Positions 47,201 to 56,321 of a stretch of 64,000 nt of DNA are shown here, one piece after another; position 1 is the first letter of the stretch, and each line of letters starts with the position of its first letter. The stretch lies in IMG/VR virus record IMGVR_UViG_3300037067_018912, positions 256,001-320,000 of that record, one strand, 5' to 3'. Position numbers and translations under genes: made by a program. The notes under the pieces were generated by a model. That model had not been told where the DNA came from, did not search any database, and was given only the letters and a program-made list of their open reading frames with translations. The stretch comes from a virus (lineage: Duplodnaviria > Caudoviricetes).

Positions 47201-48147
47201 GTTTTTATGGAGTGAGACTAAAGGAACGTGAGGGAGTGGAATCAATCTATATCTTTGATGAAAAGAACCTGGAATTTGAGGGAAAAGTGGATATAACGAC
47301 CCCCGATATGATCAAGTCTATAGGTGATTATTATAAGTGGTTCTCCAAAGACAAAAACTTTTTAGAAGAAAACGATCCCACAAATCCTATAGCAGAATCA
47401 ATATCAATAGAGTTGTTATCCTTATTGAATAATTCTTCTTATCTTTGTAACAATTCCCTGGGGGAGACGTATAAAAGAACTATGAACACGATTTTAAATA
47501 CCGTTAATACTATTAGTCACGATCCTCTTGTCACTGCTATTAACGAAGAGATCGTAGAGACCATCACCAATAAGGAGATTATCGAAGGTGTGGGTGATGT
47601 TTATGCGCAAAAAGCATTTGGTATCCCTGATACTTCAAAGGACTTTTCAGGCAAGGGCGTTCCGCTGCAAGGAGAACTTATTCATCGTGACGGAAATTGG
47701 CTCTTAATAAAGAATCCTAATAGTCTCGACGGTTTGGGAAAAAGTGTCAGGGGAGTTATACTTCCTAATGGTGATTATTACACTGAGAATTATAGCGAGA
47801 AAATTCATTACGATCTTTTGGAGATATTGGCAAATAAGGGCGTTATACCTGTGAATCCGAAGAAGGATTGGTCGAAGAAGACCCCGCAAGAGTCTGGCTT
47901 CTTAACCGTTCAGAGATATAAGGATACTGACGCCGTTGCTATAGGAGAAAGCAATCGTTTGTTGTATGACATAAATTTTTACAAAGGGAATGTTTCTCTT
48001 TATGACGAATTTCTTGCCAAGGCGAAAACGAAAAATCCCGGTGTCCGGTTTGAGAACAAACTCGTGGGCACGAAATTTTTCACAGGCGGGGACAAGTCGA
48101 ACCGTTTCTCAGCGGATGAAAGCGTGTTGATGAAAAACAATCTGTAA
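44287..48147 (+). CDS. large polyvalent protein (zincin, ART-like, Cys-protease-like domains)
   Basis: LLHELQH; LYHGT...FWTTTNPAIAQTY...YDGIKI; GGCGILA...DHMVV...IDCDG; YITDSPGYASGY. Confidence 0.8.
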   Translation: MILNNIVINETYGSIQELKKLTDDILYEVASKNYPDYQRNNIFGYIYGIHLGDMDATRYREIGDFVKNHNVQVYFTPYKEGDVGVNAKTKGTYLFPSTTDKRDYKTGFGREINVNYNYNEMKNAVDTMLKEKDAEGKNFNVTDIYSKFSSRLHLTLLHELQHAYDEYRSKGMAFQSKQSVSFQKKYPQKAAADTKMEELAELNKFKSYSNLPHEVWARFTQAVTNVPFFNVDMDASENYFIYAMNPLHNVVKKFTTYFENWRLLPEKMKWTLIKRVSQFWHHEQERMKEKNLKEKSDWEIHQRQKASVPQNNPVNIPQGSVPVQAESLLSASQLEEDVKNITDEEIVISAGTELYHGTIEEFDKEKAKVGGYDEMFWTTTNPAIAQTYIPQSGYLYTWSQTIAMPNEDPTDVNMQKAFGIDYDYSKVKFDSHRASSYMEAPVFRQYSDQYWTLSSEAYAKYKALEDFKKAFNEKEKQNLETDQDLNEFERLENEYSEAEQNLRGMNVEKFKNEYVNGKLKELGYEPIKSDDYNKNYGWKLKVHNQQLQPADYKAEGRLFIVRPKRDLKIYDTTEGGSREADLTDLDYHKHTWFQQAKESGYDGIKITDFAQSEDQGNVEHTSIGLFQETLRDVAIDEVPAVHHELGQFYGTDWKTPEYKKYKGITEEEITPGGLNTTDPGVITKTALRLILDSDKAYEILDTTRAGGSTWCAGGCGILAEALNILYGYPLYAVYDHDWGQVDHMVVRTPRGTFIDCDGEQKGILANFKRKEHYERPNVKLSLVLYDQDAKTKLRNSIIFDHKASERLAELIKNGLNNTNQNNTNQNNTNQNNTNQNNNNQTLNQTLTNENDDPSKIASNGPEDSTKKIYYNGRTNARPYTGKYIYITDSPGYASGYSNGRELYSYTIPFPETRLFSIKNSNHMNLLRQYLDRQTIEAIIRDSGAGSEIDWAAFGYISTDDFEAGEDLLQYLGFYGVRLKEREGVESIYIFDEKNLEFEGKVDITTPDMIKSIGDYYKWFSKDKNFLEENDPTNPIAESISIELLSLLNNSSYLCNNSLGETYKRTMNTILNTVNTISHDPLVTAINEEIVETITNKEIIEGVGDVYAQKAFGIPDTSKDFSGKGVPLQGELIHRDGNWLLIKNPNSLDGLGKSVRGVILPNGDYYTENYSEKIHYDLLEILANKGVIPVNPKKDWSKKTPQESGFLTVQRYKDTDAVAIGESNRLLYDINFYKGNVSLYDEFLAKAKTKNPGVRFENKLVGTKFFTGGDKSNRFSADESVLMKNNL
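46732..46806 (+). repeat. 15-bp coding tandem repeat (NNTNQ x4 + 1 variant)
   Basis: AATAATACTAATCAA x4. Confidence 0.95.
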
Positions 48148-48530
48148 GACCCTTCAAGACAAGACCTCTCAGACCCCTAAAGTTTTATCATAAAGACTTC
48201 TTTTAAAGTTTTATCATAGACCCCTTTCCATTACAGAGAGGGGTTTTTCATTTTATAAAAAAATTTCTGGAAAAATTTTTAAGACCTTTGATAAAGGGGG
48301 AAGGGGATTTTTTTCTGGAAAAATTTCTGTTATGGCGGTCCTTTCCATGTAGCACCCCCGGCCTCCAGAAGCCGCCCCTGACGGGCGTCCTGGGCGGGGG
48401 GGATACGGAGGGGGCACTGGGGGCTGTTTCCAGAGGGTGTGCCTCTGTACTCTGCCCTGGCTGTGGCTTGCAGAGGCTTCTGTGTCCCTTGCCTGGCGCA
48501 GGGTACAGCAAGAGGGGTTATTTAGAACCA
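48148..48530. other. non-coding block with short repeats and GC/G-rich core (candidate terminus, packaging or origin site)
   Basis: Abrupt GC increase, G-tracts 48392-48423, duplicated AAAGTTTTATCATA and TTTCTGGAAAAATTT. Confidence 0.5.
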
Positions 48531-48665
48531 TTATAAAGAGTATAAATATACTTGCATAAACATACAGCCGTTTTGTTTATTTAGACTGTATATAAACAAG
48601 GAAACAGGCCACAAAAAAGAGGGTGAACGTTCACCCTCTTTTAAGTTTATTTTGCCGTACCCTTT

Positions 48666-49238
48666 TTAGTTTATTTCGAGGGTTTCACCGTTCATTTTAA
48701 CCGATTCGACGTTGGCAACTATATAATCCCGGAACTTGTCAGCGGAGAGGTTTAAAGCCTTTTTAATGGCTTTCTTTGCCAATGTTTTGGCTGAACTGTT
48801 GACGGTTTTATATTCACCCTCAACAATAACTTTTTTCTGTATACCCTGACCGAAGATGTGCAATTCCTGAGTGTCTTTGTGGAGGCGGATTGCAGGGGTG
48901 ATGAAGATATAGGCATCAGTCTGCGCCTGACTTTGAGCGGTTCTGTCCTCTGCCTTTTCGGAAAGGTTCTTTTTTGCGCTTTCAATCATTTCTGACAGGG
49001 CAGTTTTGCAAACATCAACTGCTATCATTGATTTCAGGGCAATAGCCGAGAGGGTTGCTTCGTCGCAAGCCAATAACTTGGCTAAATCGTTTTCCTTTAC
49101 GTTCTTAACTGACAGGCCAATGTTTACTGTATGGTTGGCAATTTCGCCCGTAGTTTTGGACAGGTAGTTGTTTAATGATACAAAGGTTACACCTTTAAGA
49201 CCTTGTAAATTGCTGAAAAATTGTTTTCCGTTTTTCAT
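48666..49238 (-). CDS. hypothetical phage protein
   Basis: 190-aa ORF; minus-strand CGTAAC-N16-CGTA at 49303-49278. Confidence 0.8.
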   Translation of the reverse strand: MKNGKQFFSNLQGLKGVTFVSLNNYLSKTTGEIANHTVNIGLSVKNVKENDLAKLLACDEATLSAIALKSMIAVDVCKTALSEMIESAKKNLSEKAEDRTAQSQAQTDAYIFITPAIRLHKDTQELHIFGQGIQKKVIVEGEYKTVNSSAKTLAKKAIKKALNLSADKFRDYIVANVESVKMNGETLEIN

Positions 49239-49329
49239 GACTGTTTGTTTTTGTGTGATTGATTTTATATAAGAGTTTACGGTAAAAACAGTAAAAGGTT
49301 ACGTAAATGATTATCAATTTTTGCCTATG

Positions 49330-49443
49330 TGACGAATGGCTTAAAACCTTTGACGAACGGCCAGGTCCTGGAGACCAATAGCCAGGTCTTGGCGTTTATC
49401 CCAGATCTGGTGCTGTTCGTCACCGGAAATCGTACATTGGTCA
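49330..49443. promoter_or_regulatory. TGACGAA-type direct repeats with 21-bp period, in both orientations
   Basis: + strand 49330, 49351, (49372); - strand 49443, 49422. Confidence 0.55.
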
Positions 49444-49564
49444 AAGTTACAAAATTTAATGCTTATTAGTCGAACTTTATTTGTATTTTTACGTAACATA
49501 TTACGGAAACAGTTTAAAACAAATTATTAAAGGTCTAAATTGAATAACTTTAAACGTGTGCAAA

Positions 49565-50248
49565 ATGAAAACAGCAAACAGTAAAACAGCAAAAAACAGA
49601 TACAACAAATCACGTGTTATGCGTATGGCATGGGTTGTATACCGCAAAAATGGTGGTGACTTATTATGGTCAGACAGCCTGAAACAGGCGTGGAATATGG
49701 AAAAGAACGGTTTGGCCGTTAATACCATTGAAAACCTTTATACAAGGTATTATAAAATGATTTTCAACCATATCATTTTAAGGGTGCGCAAATATGAGAT
49801 AGCACAGGAATTGACACAGGATGTCTTAATCAAAGCCAATGAACACCTTGCAAATTATGACGTTATGCGCTCCAAAGTATCAACATGGCTTTTGACTATT
49901 GCCAATAACAAAATAATTGATTTTTACCGGAGCAATGCCAATGCAAGTAATAAGGTCAATATTGGCGATTTTGTGAACGAAAAAGGTAATGAAACCCTGC
50001 CCATCATTGGCGGTTCACAGGCTAATGAAATGACTGAAAACGAAGAGTTAAAGGAAAAGATAATGTCCTGTATTGACAAATTAAAACCTAATTACAAACA
50101 GGTTGCTATATTGCGCTTTGTCGAAGACAAGGAATACAGCGAAATAGCCGAGGCAATGTCCATAACCATTGACAATGTGAAAGTTATGGTAAACCGTGTC
50201 CGTGCAATGTTACAAGAGCAATTGCAGGACGAATATTCCAACCTCTAA
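49565..50248 (+). CDS. ECF-type RNA polymerase sigma-70 factor with N-terminal extension
   Basis: Region 2: LYTRY...AQELTQDVLIKA...STWLLTIANNKIIDFYR; region 4: IDKLKPNYKQVAILRF...YSEIAEAMSITIDNVKVMVNRVR. Confidence 0.92.
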   Translation: MKTANSKTAKNRYNKSRVMRMAWVVYRKNGGDLLWSDSLKQAWNMEKNGLAVNTIENLYTRYYKMIFNHIILRVRKYEIAQELTQDVLIKANEHLANYDVMRSKVSTWLLTIANNKIIDFYRSNANASNKVNIGDFVNEKGNETLPIIGGSQANEMTENEELKEKIMSCIDKLKPNYKQVAILRFVEDKEYSEIAEAMSITIDNVKVMVNRVRAMLQEQLQDEYSNL

Positions 50249-50331
50249 CCGAGGTTGGCCATTTGTCCGGTCAATGTCCAAAGTGATTTATACAATGTCC
50301 TTAATGTCCAAACAATTAACACAATACAATC

Positions 50332-50652
50332 ATGAACGAAATAAATAAAATACCGAGTGAATATATTGAACCGTACCTTGTTAAATTTTTAGGTTCAATG
50401 ATAGATTTCCTGGCCTGTGCCTATCTTACAGAAGAAGACAAACAAAATATTGGTAGGGGTATAGGTTGGACAGTTGCAGAGGTTAAACTATGGATTAAAG
50501 GGGTTGAGGTCTTTGTTTCTCAATCCTGTGGTATTCATGCAAGCATAGCAATGAGCAATCAATTGGAAAAGTTTATCTGTATGCCTGACAAAGAATTAAA
50601 GGAAATGTGTGCTAAAGTTGCCCGTGAGGCAGTAAGAGAATGGGATGAATAG
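50332..50652 (+). CDS. hypothetical protein
   Basis: 106-aa ORF downstream of the sigma gene. Confidence 0.72.
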   Translation: MNEINKIPSEYIEPYLVKFLGSMIDFLACAYLTEEDKQNIGRGIGWTVAEVKLWIKGVEVFVSQSCGIHASIAMSNQLEKFICMPDKELKEMCAKVAREAVREWDE

Positions 50653-50738
50653 CACAATGTGCAAATATAACCGAGCAATAACGTAACCTTATTGTTCAAT
50701 TTACGTAAAATCTTACATACAATCAATACACAAACATT

Positions 50739-51080
50739 ATGGCAATGAAAATTATAACCAAAGAGATTGAGGCAATGTTCGCCAAACAGGGTGACACCTC
50801 AGAGAAAGAGATGAAAGAGATAAAGATCATCATGAAGTTATTCAACCCCGCAGGCGCAGGCACGTGGTATCTGTATGAGAAACTGGACGATGATGTTTAT
50901 ATGTGTTTTGCAAACCTCGGCGATAGCGAAATGGCTGAAATGGGTACGGTTTCAATGTCCGAGTTAATGTCGCTGCGTCTGCCCTTTGGCCTGCACATAG
51001 AACGTGACAAAGGTTTCAAACCAATGTCCATAACCTTAGAGGAAGTTTACAACAAGATAAAGGCAGGCGGTCATATTTAA
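50739..51080 (+). CDS. DUF2958-like protein
   Basis: KLFNPAGAGTWYLYE...EMGTVSMSEL...GLHIERD. Confidence 0.78.
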   Translation: MAMKIITKEIEAMFAKQGDTSEKEMKEIKIIMKLFNPAGAGTWYLYEKLDDDVYMCFANLGDSEMAEMGTVSMSELMSLRLPFGLHIERDKGFKPMSITLEEVYNKIKAGGHI

Positions 51081-51248
51081 CCTGTAACAAAACAACCCTT
51101 TGCACGTATCATTTAAAGCATAAGTTTAAACGTTTTCCAATTCAATGACTGAGAGGCCGGACAGCAATGTCCGGCTTTTTTATTGTTCATAACTGTAACA
51201 TTATTGTCCGGCTTACGTAAAATCTTACATAACCAATACACAAAAGCA

Positions 51249-51509
51249 ATGGTAAACATAAAACAAAGTGGTGATGTTTATCTTCTCTTTGGCACACAGG
51301 CTGTGAAAGCATATGAAGAAAACAACATTAAAGCCGCCGTGAAAATTGTCAAAGATGATAATGGTGCGGCGTACCATTGGAACTCAAACCATGACACACC
51401 TATGTCACTTATTAATAATATAAATGATTTGTCAGACAGGTACAAAGATAGTGATAACTGTGATGAATACACCGAAATCACTAAGGAAGAATACGAACTT
51501 TTTCAATAA
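51249..51509 (+). CDS. hypothetical protein, paralog of the C-terminal half of 62399-62818
   Basis: YLLFG.QAV.AYE...YHWNSN.D.PMSL...YTEITKEEY shared. Confidence 0.78.
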   Translation: MVNIKQSGDVYLLFGTQAVKAYEENNIKAAVKIVKDDNGAAYHWNSNHDTPMSLINNINDLSDRYKDSDNCDEYTEITKEEYELFQ

Positions 51510-51581
51510 AGAAATTGTATCATTTACGTAACATATTACGTATTTTCCCGTATAATCTTATGTAACCAACACACAGACACA

Positions 51582-51698
51582 ATGGAAACGATACAGATTG
51601 AACGCAGCGAAAAGAATGCACGATGGATGCAGGTAGCATTTATAATTGGCACAGCCTTTTCAGTGGCTTTTTGGGTGGTCTTATTCATAATCCTTTAA
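51582..51698 (+). CDS. 38-aa single-TM peptide
   Basis: ATG directly after a cassette leader. Confidence 0.65.
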   Translation: METIQIERSEKNARWMQVAFIIGTAFSVAFWVVLFIIL

Positions 51699-51708
51699 TC
51701 TTACGGTC

Positions 51709-52092
51709 ATGAAAAAATCACTCGCAATGTTATTAAAGGGTTTTGAGTCTTCATCGACTCTTACCCCCGAATTTGCACAGTTTTACAGGACGTTCAAAAA
51801 AGAATTTACCTGTGAATTGCAGAGTATTGGCGCAACCAATATAGAATTTCATCGTGGCCATTTCTACGTGTCCGGTTTTTTCACTGTTGACGGACAGGCA
51901 TATTATTTCAGTCTTTCTGATGTGAGGGGCATGGATTACAGCATTAAAAATCATCCTGACAGTTGTATGAGCAAATTACTGTACCGCACAGCCAGGGACT
52001 ACAAAGACTACACAGGCGGTAAGAACAGGTACGCAACCATTAGATTTGATATGGCCGCAGATATGTGCTGGTATTTCAAAGTGGTTGACTAA
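51709..52092 (+). CDS. hypothetical phage protein
   Basis: GHFYVSGFF...LYRTARDYKDYTGG. Confidence 0.78.
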   Translation: MKKSLAMLLKGFESSSTLTPEFAQFYRTFKKEFTCELQSIGATNIEFHRGHFYVSGFFTVDGQAYYFSLSDVRGMDYSIKNHPDSCMSKLLYRTARDYKDYTGGKNRYATIRFDMAADMCWYFKVVD

Positions 52093-52173
52093 GACCACAA
52101 CAAAATAACCCTTTAACCCTGTAACACACAGGGTTTTTTCACGTATTATCTTACACAATCAATACACAAGACA

Positions 52174-52410
52174 ATGAGAATAATAAGCGTAATTGAAATC
52201 AAAGAGGGTGTTGTTTACGACATCACATCTTTTGGAATCGACGAGGCTAATGTACAGCCGACTGTTGACAAGGCTGAGAAGTTATTTGAGGAGAAATGCC
52301 GTGAATACGGATACGACGAGGACGACCATACGGCCATTGAAGAGTTTATTGAAGACGGATATTTCGGAGGCGGCAACTTTTCAATCTGCCTTACTTGGTC
52401 AGAAATCTAA
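52174..52410 (+). CDS. acidic hypothetical protein
   Basis: ATG after cassette leader. Confidence 0.78.
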   Translation: MRIISVIEIKEGVVYDITSFGIDEANVQPTVDKAEKLFEEKCREYGYDEDDHTAIEEFIEDGYFGGGNFSICLTWSEI

Positions 52411-52435
52411 TGTACAACTTTTAATACACCTCATC

Positions 52436-52681
52436 ATGGACACAAATTTCCAATTGAAGTTAGCCAAAGAGGCCGGGAAGATTACCCTGAAAAGCGCAAC
52501 CTACGACACATGGGAAGAAGAGTATAAATATCACGTGGGTATGGTTCAGAATCCCTTTCCTTTCGGAGTGTTCAAATTAAAACTTGAATCGTTGGACAGA
52601 ATGTTCAACGCCGACCCGGACGGGAAGAACCCGGCATATGACAAGCCGATACAGAAACTTTGCAACGAATTAGGTTATTAA
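52436..52681 (+). CDS. hypothetical protein
   Basis: MDTNFQLK..., 81 aa. Confidence 0.7.
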   Translation: MDTNFQLKLAKEAGKITLKSATYDTWEEEYKYHVGMVQNPFPFGVFKLKLESLDRMFNADPDGKNPAYDKPIQKLCNELGY

Positions 52682-52700
52682 CCCCTTAAAACATACTATC

Positions 52701-52877
52701 ATGTTACAGATTGTTCATATTAACGGATTTGTTTGGTATGCTGACATAAACAGTCAGGTGTTATACGAAGACAGTGAGAAGAAGAGCGGCACGCCGTTCT
52801 CATTCATGGCACGCAACGAACGGGAGCAAATGGAAAATGAACTCAGATTCCCCCGGCGCAAAGAAGAACAGGACTAA
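52701..52877 (+). CDS. hypothetical protein
   Basis: 58-aa ORF MLQIVHING... Confidence 0.65.
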   Translation: MLQIVHINGFVWYADINSQVLYEDSEKKSGTPFSFMARNEREQMENELRFPRRKEEQD

Positions 52878-52898
52878 GGTTTTAATTTAACGACCATA

Positions 52899-53375
52899 AT
52901 GTTCAAAGCCAAACAACAAGGATTTAAGACGCTGCAAGAGGTTCAAGCCTACTTGCAGCAACTTCCATTTGTGAACTTTGGTGGGTGTGGCATTGCTGCT
53001 CTTGCAATGTACAGGTGGCTAAAAAAGAACCGTAAAGCAAGTAGAAAGATTTGTTTTTACATGTTGGCTGATCAAGGTTTTATCCATGAGAACAACGCCA
53101 AGTGTTTGGAGGGTGAGGAAGACAGACAACCAACAGCACCCGGACATATGGTGCTGTATGACAAGGGCAAATATTTTGATTGTGGTGGTACATATGACCC
53201 AACAAGATATAACTATCATTTAAAGGTAACAAAGGAACAATTTATCGTTGAATCTCTCAATAATGTACCGACATGGCGAGAGGATTTCCCCCGCAAATAT
53301 CTTATTGGCAGAATAGCACAGAAACTTAATATTGACCTCTCCGACGTAGTTGAAGAATGTGATTGTGAATTGTAA
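52899..53375 (+). CDS. Cys-His-Asp (papain/transglutaminase-like) protein
   Basis: NFGGCGIAA...GHMVL...YFDCGG, similar to a domain in 44287-48147. Confidence 0.6.
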   Translation: MFKAKQQGFKTLQEVQAYLQQLPFVNFGGCGIAALAMYRWLKKNRKASRKICFYMLADQGFIHENNAKCLEGEEDRQPTAPGHMVLYDKGKYFDCGGTYDPTRYNYHLKVTKEQFIVESLNNVPTWREDFPRKYLIGRIAQKLNIDLSDVVEECDCEL

Positions 53376-53425
53376 CCTTTCGAATGATTTTACGTAATAT
53401 CTTACATAATCAACAACACAAGACG

Positions 53426-53656
53426 ATGATAAGCAAAGCAAAATTTGTACAGGTGGTTACCATCAAAGACCCGGACACCAAAGGACAGGTTGAGTTATCC
53501 ATCTACAAACACGAGAACGGCGGAATGTTCGCAATGGATTCTTCCTATATGGAACAACTTGATGGTATCGGCGATGAAGATGATATCACTTGCAGGATTC
53601 CCGACCCGTTCGGAGATAACGAACATATGACATTGGTCGAACTTCACGAAGATTAA
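53426..53656 (+). CDS. hypothetical protein
   Basis: ATG after cassette leader. Confidence 0.75.
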   Translation: MISKAKFVQVVTIKDPDTKGQVELSIYKHENGGMFAMDSSYMEQLDGIGDEDDITCRIPDPFGDNEHMTLVELHED

Positions 53657-53771
53657 ATGATTGTTGGTGTATTGTTTTAATGTATTGGTAAATTCCCCGG
53701 CATCGTCCGGGGTTTTTTATTGTACATATCGAGTATTTATGGTATATTTGCAGATTATCTGACACCCAAAA

Positions 53772-54254
53772 ATGAAATACACCAAGTACCTCCTTAAAGG
53801 AGATTATATCAACATTGAACAATTCGAAAACAAGGAACACCCTTTGTACAACTTTCCACTTGTAGCGATTTCAATACCTCTTACCGTGGCATTGCTTGGG
53901 GGAATTATCGTCATGCTCCCGGTTACAATAACGTTTGATAACGGACGGTGGTTGTGGTATAAATGGTTGCTGTATGACCGGAAGTATAACCTCTCATATA
54001 ATGTTCAAAAGACTGTAACAAACATGGAGGCATACCGTATCATTGATCATGGATTCAATAAATTAACACACGGTATCAATGAGCAAACCAATATTTTATC
54101 AGGCAGTTTTGCAACCCTTGACGGACGAGGAATTAAAAAAGGAATTGAGAGGTTGCACCTTATCCGAACGAATGGAAACAGAAGAAGCGAAATGCCCAAT
54201 CTGTGGCCGAAACGAATGGTGGCTATTGCCAAAAGTATCAGTCTCAGTGCGTGA
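53772..54254 (+). CDS. hypothetical membrane protein (3' part overlaps next ORF)
   Basis: TM segment; TATATTTG and GTATTTAT upstream. Confidence 0.55.
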   Translation: MKYTKYLLKGDYINIEQFENKEHPLYNFPLVAISIPLTVALLGGIIVMLPVTITFDNGRWLWYKWLLYDRKYNLSYNVQKTVTNMEAYRIIDHGFNKLTHGINEQTNILSGSFATLDGRGIKKGIERLHLIRTNGNRRSEMPNLWPKRMVAIAKSISLSA

Positions 54255-54309
54255 GGGTGGCAAGCCTTACATAGAGTGCCTGCATTGCGGACACACCACA
54301 CACCTGTAA
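54079..54309 (+). CDS. zinc-ribbon protein
   Basis: CPIC...CLHC. Confidence 0.65.
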   Translation: MSKPIFYQAVLQPLTDEELKKELRGCTLSERMETEEAKCPICGRNEWWLLPKVSVSVREGGKPYIECLHCGHTTHL

Positions 54310-54411
54310 AATCCTGGCTCTAAGGCCATTTTATTTAAAATCTTTTCGCCCTGTGATTGTAACATCACGGGGTTTTTTACGTAATATCTTACATAATCAA
54401 CACACAATACA

Positions 54412-54600
54412 ATGGAAAAGAAATTCGTAATTTATTGGGATGAAACCTACATGACTTCCAAATCAAGAGTGGTTGAATTGAGTTTTTTCAGCGCACTTAA
54501 AGGTTTTGATATCGAAGATCAGAACGCTGTTGAACGTCTTGACATTGGCGAAACCACACCAATGGATAACAATCACATTTGGATAATGAGAGTAAAATAA
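54412..54600 (+). CDS. hypothetical protein
   Basis: ATG after cassette leader. Confidence 0.75.
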   Translation: MEKKFVIYWDETYMTSKSRVVELSFFSALKGFDIEDQNAVERLDIGETTPMDNNHIWIMRVK

Positions 54601-54616
54601 CCAATACACACAAGCA

Positions 54617-55003
54617 ATGAAAGCAACAAAATGGATTTGTGAGAACTGCAACAGCGATAATGTTGAGTTCAAAGCATGGGTAAAACCCAATGAGAATAAC
54701 AAATTTGTCGATTATTCCGGTGAGGAAAGTGACGACAATTATTGTCAGGATTGCCAAAAGCACGTTGAAACACACCAAGTCGAAATCAAAACCGGGGCAA
54801 AAATTATAGGCTTTCAGGTTGTTGGTGAGGGTGATTTGGAGGGTGAAATTCATCCCGATATGGATGCAAGTTTTTGTGTTTACAATCTCTCACAGGCACG
54901 TAAAATGATTGAACTGAATGAAAACTATTGGCGACTCCTGACTATATGGAGTGGTGATATTGAAGAACCAACCATGATGTTCAGAGGTAACCCAAGAAAG
55001 TAA
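54617..55003 (+). CDS. zinc-ribbon protein
   Basis: CENC...CQDC. Confidence 0.75.
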   Translation: MKATKWICENCNSDNVEFKAWVKPNENNKFVDYSGEESDDNYCQDCQKHVETHQVEIKTGAKIIGFQVVGEGDLEGEIHPDMDASFCVYNLSQARKMIELNENYWRLLTIWSGDIEEPTMMFRGNPRK

Positions 55004-55090
55004 ATGGTTTTATTTAAAACCTTAAAGACCCCGCCTGTAACAAGCGGGGTTTTTTTACGTATTATCTTACGTAACCAATACACAAACACA

Positions 55091-55576
55091 ATGACTAAAA
55101 AGAGTTTCAAGGAAATGGCATCCTATCATCCTTACAGAGGACATGGAACTAAAGGTTTTAACGCCTTGTTCTTTGATTGGAAGTCAGAGGACGTGAACGG
55201 CAAATATATCGTAGGCTTCAAGTATTGCCTATGGGCACGCACCGAGAACGCCACGAAGAAAGAACTCGAAGATACCCTGTACGATTACATTACAGGCAAA
55301 ATTGATGATACCAAAATTCCGTGGTATATGCAATTGGTTGAAGCATCCATCGACCAACAGAGGTTCAAAGTGCCTTTGGGTGGAAACGGCCTTAACAGCA
55401 TGGTTAATCATTATATAAGTGTGATAATCCTTATGGTTAAAGGTCAGGCAAAGGGTATTGTAACCTCTCTCCCTGTTGTAAAGCAATGGTGGGATGATGC
55501 TCGTTACGTGAAAGTGCCTATTGTAGATTATTACAATGAAAAGGTGATAATAAGTACCATTCAAAACTATATGTGA
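55091..55576 (+). CDS. hypothetical protein
   Basis: ATG after cassette leader. Confidence 0.75.
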   Translation: MTKKSFKEMASYHPYRGHGTKGFNALFFDWKSEDVNGKYIVGFKYCLWARTENATKKELEDTLYDYITGKIDDTKIPWYMQLVEASIDQQRFKVPLGGNGLNSMVNHYISVIILMVKGQAKGIVTSLPVVKQWWDDARYVKVPIVDYYNEKVIISTIQNYM

Positions 55577-55577
55577 T

Positions 55578-55823
55578 ATGTACGACAGCCTATTCAGCGA
55601 CGAAGATATTCGCAAAGTGTTGCAGGAACGAAACATATCAATTCCTGGCAGCAAGGCCGATTTGGCTTCCAAAGAGATTGGCGACAGGGTTTTCTTCCTA
55701 TACGGCGAGGACAAGGATTATTATATTGTTATTGACAAAGAACCGGATTCCATGCTCGTATTGGTGAACCCAAAGAATAATTATCAATGCAAAACACATT
55801 CGACATTGGTCAAAGTATTGTAA
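55578..55823 (+). CDS. hypothetical protein
   Basis: 81-aa ORF; its stop lies in the next -35 element. Confidence 0.7.
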   Translation: MYDSLFSDEDIRKVLQERNISIPGSKADLASKEIGDRVFFLYGEDKDYYIVIDKEPDSMLVLVNPKNNYQCKTHSTLVKVL

Positions 55824-55874
55824 CATTGCGGAATTTTTTACGTAACATCTTACATAATCAATACATACAATACA

Positions 55875-56321
55875 ATGGGAGGCTTTACACAAATCAGATT
55901 ACGGCACACTTCAGAAGAAGTGATAGCAAGGGAAAATGAGGAACTGAAAAATTGCGGCGTTGCTCGTAGGTATCGTTTCTATTCCAATGCCGATATAAGA
56001 GCCGAATACGAATATTATCTTAAAGGCGACGGTAATTATCCGCCTCACCTCTTCCCCCCTCACAAAATCAATACTTTCGAGGATTTTAGAAAATATTGGT
56101 CGCCGGAGGCACTTGGAGAGGTCTTTGTTCCCAAAAATGGAACTCTTAACCTCGACTGTTATTTTGGCCGCACAAGCAAACGGGCAATGCACAATATAGC
56201 ACGCTACCTGCTTTGTAATTCATCCAAAATTAAATCCGTCAACGGCTCATTCTCCACCTTTGTTGAGCGTTGCGGGTACGGGAAGAAGAACCAAGCCATA
56301 TTAATGGAATTGGACAAATAA
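55875..56321 (+). CDS. hypothetical protein
   Basis: ATG after cassette leader. Confidence 0.78.
   Translation: MGGFTQIRLRHTSEEVIARENEELKNCGVARRYRFYSNADIRAEYEYYLKGDGNYPPHLFPPHKINTFEDFRKYWSPEALGEVFVPKNGTLNLDCYFGRTSKRAMHNIARYLLCNSSKIKSVNGSFSTFVERCGYGKKNQAILMELDK

Noticed and set aside
48248-48536. Three overlapping ORFs in the GC-rich block
   Set aside because: Pro/Gly-rich products explained by GC content, with atypical codon use and no start context.
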